A DNA stretch of 32,000 nucleotides from Trichodesmium erythraeum IMS101 (lineage in GTDB: Bacteria > Cyanobacteriota > Cyanobacteriia > Cyanobacteriales > Microcoleaceae), in the NCBI RefSeq assembly GCF_000014265.1, contig NC_008312.1, positions 5,490,001 to 5,522,000 of the forward strand. Direction: 5' to 3'. The notes below the pieces were generated by a model. The model saw only the letters and a program-made list of their open reading frames with translations, was not told where the DNA came from and did no database searches. Positions 25,788 through 32,000 of the stretch are shown one piece after another; the first letter of the stretch is position 1, and each line of letters opens with the position of its first letter. A program made the position numbers and the translations under genes.

Positions 25788-28700
25788 ATGGTTGAAGCAA
25801 AATCCTATAAAGAGACCGTAAACCTGCCCCAGACTAACTTTAATATGAGGGCTAACTCAGTCACCAGGGAACCAGAACTACAAAAGTTTTGGGCACAAGA
25901 ACAAATCTATGAACGTCTTTCTCAGACCAACCCAGGGGAAATCTTCACCCTACATGATGGCCCACCTTATGCTAATGGCAACCTACACATTGGCCATGCC
26001 TTGAATAAAATCCTTAAAGACATTATCAACCGCTACCAAATCCTCCAAGGGCGAAAAGTTCGTTATGTTCCTGGTTGGGACTGCCACGGTTTACCCATAG
26101 AATTGAAAGTTATTCAAAATATTAAATCAGCAGAAAGGGCAAAACTCACACCCATAGAATTACGTCGCAAAGCTAGAGACTTTGCTCTCGAAACTATAGA
26201 CAAACAGCGTGAATCATTCAAACGTTATGGAGTTTGGGGAGACTGGGAACATCCCTACATGACTCTCTCTCCAGAATATGAAGCTGCTCAAATTGGGGTA
26301 TTTGGTAAAATGGTTTTGAAAGGCTACATTTATCGTGGTCTCAAACCTGTACATTGGAGTCCGAGTTCTAAAACTGCTCTTGCAGAAGCAGAACTGGAAT
26401 ATCCCGAAGGTCACAAGTCTCGGAGTATCTATGCTGCTTTTAAAATCACTAACTTGGCAAAAGCAGTTGAAAAGTCTCTCGAATCTTATCTAGAAAAACT
26501 CTGGGTGGCCATCTGGACTACAACACCTTGGACTATTCCTGGGAATTTGGCAGTTAGCGTTAACCCAGACCTTAATTATGCTGTTGTCAAACCTGATGCT
26601 GACTATGCAATGGGAAAAGACAAATTATTTATAGTTGCAGCAGAAGCAGTTGAACGTTTATCAGCAACTCTGGGCACAACTTTAACACCTGTAGCGACGG
26701 TTAAAGGTGAAGACTTAGAAAACTGCACTTACCAACACCCACTGTTTGACCGGGAAAGTAAAATTGTTATTGGTGGGGACTATGTTACTACTGAGTCAGG
26801 TACGGGTTTAGTTCATACTGCTCCCGGTCACGGTCAGGAAGACTATATCGTAGGGCAACGTTATAGTTTATCAATTTTGTCCCCTGTGGATGGCAATGGG
26901 AAATTTACTGCTGAAGCCGGAGAGTTTACGGGGTTAAGTGTTTTGGCAGAAGGGAATATTGCTGTTATTGAAGCACTGCAAAATGTTAATTCTCTATTGA
27001 AAGAGGAACCCTACGAACATAAATATCCCTATGATTGGCGCACTAAAAAACCTACTATTTTCCGAGCAACTGAACAATGGTTTGCTTCTGTTGAAGGTTT
27101 CCGCAGTGAAGCACTTAAGGCGATCGCTGAAGTTAACTGGATACCTGCTCAAGGAGAAAACCGCATTACTCCAATGGTGAACGATCGCTCTGACTGGTGT
27201 ATTTCTCGACAAAGAAGTTGGGGTGTACCTATTCCTGTATTTTATGACGAAAAGACTGGGGAACCTTTGCTAACTGAGGAAACTGTTGCTCATGTGCAAA
27301 AAATTATTGCTGAAAAAGGTTCTGATGCTTGGTGGGAAATGTCGGTGGAGGAACTTTTACCAGAAACCTATCGCCAAGATGCTGAGAAGTACCGCAAAGG
27401 AACGGATACCATGGATGTCTGGTTTGACTCTGGTTCATCTTGGGCGGCAGTTGCTCAACAAAGGGAAGGGTTAAGATATCCAGTTGATATATATTTGGAA
27501 GGTTCTGACCAACATCGCGGTTGGTTTCAGTCAAGTTTGCTGACTAGTATTGCTACTAATGGTGTGGCACCATATCAAACTGTTTTGACTCACGGTTTTG
27601 TACTTGACGAGAATGGTCGGAAGATGAGTAAGTCTCTGGGAAATGTGGTAGACCCGGTAATAGTTATTGAAGGTGGCAAAAATCAAAAACAAGAACCTGC
27701 TTATGGTGCAGATATTTTGCGTTTGTGGGTTTCTTCTGTAGATTATTCTTCTGATGTACCCCTGGGTAAGAATATTCTCAAGCAAATAGCAGATATTTAT
27801 CGCAAAATTAGAAATACGGCGCGGTTTTTGTTGGGAAATATCCATGATTTTGATCCGGCAAAAGATGCTGTTGCTTATGAGGAAATGCCAGAACTAGATC
27901 GTTATATGTTGCACCGGATTACAGAGGTGTTTGCTGAAGTCAAAGATGGTTTTGATAAATTTCAGTATTTCCGCTTTTTCCAAACAATTCAAAATTTCTG
28001 TGTGGTTGACTTATCTAACTTTTATTTGGATATTGCTAAAGATCGACTTTATATTAGTGCGACTGATGCTTTCAGACGTCGCAGTTGTCAGACAGTCTTA
28101 GTTGTCGCTGTAGAAAATTTGGCAAAAGCGATCGCTCCAGTTTTACCCCATATGGCAGAAGATATTTGGCAAAATCTTCCTTATCCGACTCCCTGCAAAT
28201 CTGTATTTGAGTCTGGATGGGTGAAATTAGAGGAAAAATGGCATAACCCAGAGTTAGTTAAGTTATGGGAAGAGTTACGAAAAACTCGCACTGAAGTTAA
28301 CAAAGTGTTGGAAAAAGCGCGGGCAGAAAAAGCAATTGGTTCGCCTTTAGAAGCTAAGGTATTGTTGTATGTAAAAGATACTAAATTCCGGGAGCAAATA
28401 CAAGATTTTAATCCCATTGCTCAAGGAGAAAAAAGTAAGTCTGAATTCTGGGAAGCTAAAATCGAAATTGAACCAGAAAAAACAGAAGATAAAACTACTA
28501 ATAACCAACAAAAGTTTCCTGATATTTTTTATACTTATAAAAATTTTTTATCAGATTTTTCTAATACTGTGAGTAAATTACTTAGTGGGTATAAAAAAGC
28601 TTTAGGAGGGGTGTTTTTGATGATTATATTACTGTTATCAATACAACTAACAGTAACGGTAGTAAAAACAATTGAAAAACTGCCTCTAGTAAATTACATC

Positions 28701-29246
28701 ATGATATTAGTGGGAATTATCTACACAATTCGCTTTGTTACTCATAATTTGTTATTTGCTAAAAGTCGCCAAAGTTGGTTAGATAAAATAAAATTGACTG
28801 CTGAAGATATATTAGGTAAAGAGGCTTTATCTACTCAAAAGAAAAATTTGGCAGACAATACAGTTAAACAGTCAGCAACTTTAGTATATCCAGAAGGAGT
28901 TTTTGTGCCCCCCCAAAAAGTCGAATTTACCCCAGAACCACAAGTAGTAGAAACAGAAACTTTACCTCAACAACCTAATAATGTTAAAGCCATAATTCCT
29001 TCTGGTAATGGGGTTGATGAATTACGTTATCTATTTATTACTTCTCAAGTAGAATTATTAGAATCTCCAGAATGTTTAAGTAATCTCGAATATAAGTCTA
29101 TATTAGATTCTTTAGGTATAGGAGTAGTCAAAGCAGATGGTGAGAAATGCGAACGCTGTTGGAATTATTCTACTCATGTTGGTGACTTCTCAGAAGATCC
29201 CACAATTTGTGAACGTTGTGTTGTTGCTTTAGCAGGAGAATTTTAA
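25788..29246 (+). CDS. ileS: Isoleucyl-tRNA synthetase with an internal membrane-anchor (CAAD-type) insertion
   Basis: Class I signatures HIGH ([13 protein letters not shown]) and KMSKS ([10 protein letters not shown]). The N-terminus is typical of IleRS ([17 protein letters not shown]). The C-terminal zinc knuckles are CERCWNY...CERC. At 1152 aa it is about 190 aa longer than ordinary bacterial IleRS. Confidence 0.95.
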   Translation: MVEAKSYKETVNLPQTNFNMRANSVTREPELQKFWAQEQIYERLSQTNPGEIFTLHDGPPYANGNLHIGHALNKILKDIINRYQILQGRKVRYVPGWDCHGLPIELKVIQNIKSAERAKLTPIELRRKARDFALETIDKQRESFKRYGVWGDWEHPYMTLSPEYEAAQIGVFGKMVLKGYIYRGLKPVHWSPSSKTALAEAELEYPEGHKSRSIYAAFKITNLAKAVEKSLESYLEKLWVAIWTTTPWTIPGNLAVSVNPDLNYAVVKPDADYAMGKDKLFIVAAEAVERLSATLGTTLTPVATVKGEDLENCTYQHPLFDRESKIVIGGDYVTTESGTGLVHTAPGHGQEDYIVGQRYSLSILSPVDGNGKFTAEAGEFTGLSVLAEGNIAVIEALQNVNSLLKEEPYEHKYPYDWRTKKPTIFRATEQWFASVEGFRSEALKAIAEVNWIPAQGENRITPMVNDRSDWCISRQRSWGVPIPVFYDEKTGEPLLTEETVAHVQKIIAEKGSDAWWEMSVEELLPETYRQDAEKYRKGTDTMDVWFDSGSSWAAVAQQREGLRYPVDIYLEGSDQHRGWFQSSLLTSIATNGVAPYQTVLTHGFVLDENGRKMSKSLGNVVDPVIVIEGGKNQKQEPAYGADILRLWVSSVDYSSDVPLGKNILKQIADIYRKIRNTARFLLGNIHDFDPAKDAVAYEEMPELDRYMLHRITEVFAEVKDGFDKFQYFRFFQTIQNFCVVDLSNFYLDIAKDRLYISATDAFRRRSCQTVLVVAVENLAKAIAPVLPHMAEDIWQNLPYPTPCKSVFESGWVKLEEKWHNPELVKLWEELRKTRTEVNKVLEKARAEKAIGSPLEAKVLLYVKDTKFREQIQDFNPIAQGEKSKSEFWEAKIEIEPEKTEDKTTNNQQKFPDIFYTYKNFLSDFSNTVSKLLSGYKKALGGVFLMIILLLSIQLTVTVVKTIEKLPLVNYIMILVGIIYTIRFVTHNLLFAKSRQSWLDKIKLTAEDILGKEALSTQKKNLADNTVKQSATLVYPEGVFVPPQKVEFTPEPQVVETETLPQQPNNVKAIIPSGNGVDELRYLFITSQVELLESPECLSNLEYKSILDSLGIGVVKADGEKCERCWNYSTHVGDFSEDPTICERCVVALAGEF
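28420..29000 (+). other. CAAD-like insertion (two transmembrane helices) within ileS
   Basis: This low-complexity, A/T-rich stretch interrupts the IleRS sequence between ...[10 protein letters not shown] and [19 protein letters not shown]. It contains two hydrophobic helices ([22 protein letters not shown] and [24 protein letters not shown]) followed by [20 protein letters not shown]. This matches the CAAD/CURT1 pattern as I remember it. Boundaries are approximate. Confidence 0.7.
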
Positions 29247-29295
29247 CTGTCTTGCAAAATTTTGTAGGGGCAAATGGCTATTAGCCTCTACCTAT

Positions 29296-30441
29296 TAGAC
29301 ATCTCCAAAATAGAAAATAAGATAAGATTGTCATGTTCATTTATAATTTTATTTAGGTAGCTATACCAATGAATAAAACTTTAGAGTACATTCATAATTA
29401 TCCGAAAGAAACAAAAAGAATTATAGGGATTACTTATGAACAGCTAACACAATTAATAGAAAATGCAATTATCAAAGAATCAGAAAATTTCCAGGTAATT
29501 GCCGAGAAAGAAATAAGTTTAATTAAACCAGGTGGAGGCAGAAAAAAGACTTTAACTAAAACAGAATAAATATTTTTAACGCTATATTATTTACATCATA
29601 TACCAACTTTTCAATTATTAGGAATAAATTTTGGAGTTAGTGAATCAACAGCCAATAATATATTCCATTACTGGATAAATATTTTACAAGATTTATTACC
29701 AGCTAGTTTATTAGAACAAGTAAAAAAAAAGAAGATGAATGAGAAGGGGTAAAAGAAGCGTTAATGGAATTAGAATTAATAGTAGATAGCTCAGAACAAA
29801 GTAGAGAAAGACCAAAAGAATCTGAAAAACCAGAAAAATATTATTCAGGAAAAAAGAAAAATAATACCTTTAAAAATCAAATAATAACGACACCAAAAGG
29901 AACAGAAATAGTGGATGTAATTATCGGAGAAAGGGGACCATTAAGTGATATAAATTTATTAAACAAACAACGGGAAAATTTTAAGGATAATCAATATTTT
30001 CAAGGGGATAAGGCAGATCAAGGAGCAGAAAGAACAAGTACACCAAAAAAGAAACCAAGAAAAAAAGAAATGCCAGAAGAAATAAAAGAAAAAAATCAAC
30101 AAAAAGCCCAAAAAAGAATATTCGTAGAACATGTAATTAGATTACTAAAAATATTTGGAATTGCGAGAGAAAGATTTAGATTAAAAGAGAAAAGTTATGA
30201 GAAAGTAATAATGGTAGTATGTGGATTAGTGAAATTAAGAATAGGAGCATTAATATTAGTATAAAAAGAAGATAATCAATTAAGAGAATAAAGTGAAAAT
30301 GGGGGGAAATAAATGTTGAATTAGTAAGAGAAAATATCTCAAAGATTTATGATTGCGTATTTTAGGACCAAAGATGCTTGATATGGCAACTAGGCTAAGA
30401 TCAAGTCAAGGAAAGGCTTTGTTAATTTTTGGAGATGTCTA
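29296..30441 (+). mobile_element. IS5/Harbinger-type (DDE_Tnp_4-like) insertion sequence, copy 1
   Basis: Perfect terminal inverted repeats: TAGACATCTCCAAAA (29296-29310) and TTTTGGAGATGTCTA (30427-30441). The outer TA may be a 2-bp target duplication. The transposase lies inside. Confidence 0.75.
29369..30264 (+). pseudogene. DDE_Tnp_4-type transposase, broken by an in-frame TAA and a frameshift
   Basis: The N-terminal HTH part (29369-29569) ends in TAA, and the same frame then continues (IFLTLYYLHHIPTFQLLGINFGVSESTANNIF). The frame changes near the A9 run at 29721-29729. The catalytic part (29764-30264) carries LIVDSSEQ, YYSGKKK, GDKADQG and RIFVEHVIRLLK. Confidence 0.7.
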
Positions 30442-30658
30442 TTTTATAACGCTCAAAAAAATATCATGGTTTTTTTGTTGGAGGGAGAGCGATGGCCTAT
30501 TTCATATTTCTGTGGTATAATTGTTATATGTAGGGGGTTTATGGCATTCGCCCGGAGAATGTATTGAGTCAGCAATGGTTGTTGTGTTGGTCCTAGTTTT
30601 TGACTATTTTTTTTTCATCTCAGAAGCGATGGCCTATTCCATATTTCTGTGGCATAAT

Positions 30659-31549
30659 TAGACCTCTCCAAAATAAAAATTAAGGTAAAATTGTAGTAGC
30701 CAATTATATATACTCTGTTTCCAAATGAATAATGTATTAGAATATATTTATAACCATCCAAAAGAAATAAAAAGAATTATTGGTACTACATATGAACAGC
30801 TAATAAAATTAATAGAAAACCCTCAAAAAGTTGAAAAAAAAAGACTGGGGAGCGCCAGCCAAGAAAAAAGGTTAATCAAGGCAGGAGGAGGAAGAAAAAA
30901 GTCTTTAAGCAAGACAGAAGAGATAATGTTGACCTTATATTATTTGTATCATGTACCAACATTTCAGGGACTAGGAGCAATATTTGGAGTTAGCTCATCA
31001 ACAGCAAATAATATTTTTCAGGCTTTGGATAGATATTTTGAGGGAATTATTACCATCTAGTTTACTAGAGGAATTCTCGGGAAAAGAAAACGAATATTTA
31101 TGGATAAAAGAGGCTTTGACATAAAGAGAATTGATAGTTGATAGTACAGAGCAGGATAGGGAAAAGCAAAAAAAATGATGATAAACAGAAAAAGTATTAT
31201 TCAGGAAAGCCAAAAAGTAATAAGTTTAAAAATCAGATAGTAATCACAGAAAAGGCAGAAAAAATTGTAGATATAATAGGAGGATAAAGAAGTCCAGAAA
31301 GTGATATAAAGTTATTCAAAAAAACCACAAAAAATTTGGGTAGAGAACCAAAATTTCAAAGAGATAAAGGATATCAAGATGGTCAAAAATTAACACGCTA
31401 AACAAAAAAAAGAATCCATAAAATGTCAGAAGAAGTAAAAAAATAGAATCAAAAAAAAAAGCTCAAAAAATAATATTTGTAGAACATATAATAAGACTGA
31501 TAAAGATATTTAGAGTGGCACGAAAAAGATTGAGATTGAAAGAGAGTAA
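30659..31549 (+). mobile_element. IS5/Harbinger-type element, copy 2; heavily decayed and 3'-truncated by an IS insertion
   Basis: The left end TAGACCTCTCCAAAA (30659-) differs from copy 1 by one base. ORF 30725-31060 is homologous to the HTH part of copy 1. Downstream sequence is recognisably homologous (LIVDSTEQ) but riddled with stops. Homology ends at 31549, where the IS701-like end begins. Confidence 0.65.
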
Positions 31550-32000
31550 CGGGACTTTAGCAAATTTCAAGCCCAAACAAACCCTAAACTCTCTTTATGA
31601 GCGGTAAATACGTCGATGTTTTCATCTAACCACTCAACAAAACGATAAGATATTGCGGTACGAAATGCTTCTAAAGTATCAGTAAACGTATTTAATGGTT
31701 TGTTAGCCCAACGCCTTCTTATACCTCCTGTTAACTGATGCCAGATAATAAATGTATAAGCACAAAATACTAAAATAAAATGCCTTTTAAGGCTGATTTT
31801 ATCTCTGACTTGATATTCTCTTAATCCTAACCATCCTTTGGCTTCCCTGTAGAAAACTTCCACCCAATTTCTTTGAGAATAAGTAGAATATATCCACTCA
31901 GGAGTTACATATTTGTCTTCTCTATTAGTGATATAATAGTTAATATCAGTGGCCTCAGAAAAACTTTTAGCATTCATAACGATAGCTATAGTTTTTTGAC
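31550..32000 (-). mobile_element. IS701-like element, second copy (partial; continues beyond the window)
   Basis: It starts with the same terminal sequence CGGGACTTTAGCAAATTTCAAGCCC. I see only two base differences from 18121-18571. The encoded transposase C-terminus (31567-31977) differs from copy 1 at 2 of 136 residues. Confidence 0.85.

Noticed and set aside
21223-28417. Embedded ORFs in mcrB (21223-21453, 21287-21520), in the GNAT-PIN gene (23327-23539) and in ileS (26214-26414, 26994-27212, 27286-27474, 27304-27534, 27531-27845, 28181-28417)
   Set aside because: They overlap genes with unambiguous family motifs, on other frames or strands. There is no supporting signal.
29567-29764. Possibility that the TAA at 29567 and the A9 run at 29721-29729 represent programmed recoding or frameshifting in the IS5-type transposase
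   Set aside because: Transposases of this family are normally single ORFs. The sister copy (30659-31549) carries different and far more numerous lesions, so simple decay, or homopolymer error, is the more economical explanation.
30488-30659. 35-bp imperfect direct repeat AGCGATGGCCTATT(T/C)CATATTTCTGTGG(T/C)ATAATT at 30488-30522 and 30625-30659; a shorter GCGATGGCCT also occurs near 22609
   Set aside because: It probably reflects duplicated flanking or target sequence of the IS5-type elements, because the second copy abuts the left end of copy 2. It is too short and too few in number to call a MITE or regulatory site.

Overview
AT-rich cyanobacterial chromosomal window. Supporting signs: HIP1 octamers GCGATCGC at 9321, 12299, 19351, 27120 and 28128; an IleRS with a CAAD-type membrane insertion; and NACHT, pentapeptide-repeat and IS701/IS4/IS5-like content. 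All domain calls are motif recognition by eye, with no database search.

Layout, left to right:
(1) 1-7982: two tandem, co-directional NACHT (bacterial NLR-like) genes. The first is cut by the window edge and has almost no repeat domain. The second is a 2194-aa protein whose C-terminal 4.1 kb is 40 head-to-tail copies of a 102-bp (34-aa) HEAT-like unit with block-wise near-identical DNA.
(2) 8.5-16.2 kb: ordinary-looking genes. These are a small hypothetical, a pentapeptide-repeat membrane protein, a Rieske/mononuclear-iron oxygenase, a soluble GAF histidine kinase whose last 441 bp are tandemly duplicated (440/441 identical), and a Tat-signal FAD oxidoreductase with an inserted PetC-type Rieske module.
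(3) 17.1-19.5 kb: decay zone. It holds a 210-bp relic about 90% identical to the intact mcrB 4.3 kb away, IS4-like transposase fragments, and a complete IS701-like element with a frameshifted transposase.
(4) 19.65-25.26 kb, minus strand: a four-gene cassette of GNAT-PIN-(GNAT-like)-ASCH-like 701-aa protein, stand-alone ASCH protein, McrB-family GTPase and McrC nuclease. This is my best candidate for an undescribed defence system, together with the NACHT pair.
(5) 25.8-29.2 kb: ileS with an internal two-helix membrane domain of about 190 aa.
(6) 29.3-32.0 kb: two decayed IS5/Harbinger-type (DDE_Tnp_4-like) copies. The second is interrupted by a second, more than 99% identical copy of the IS701-like element that runs off the window.

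No rRNA, tRNA or CRISPR array was recognised.
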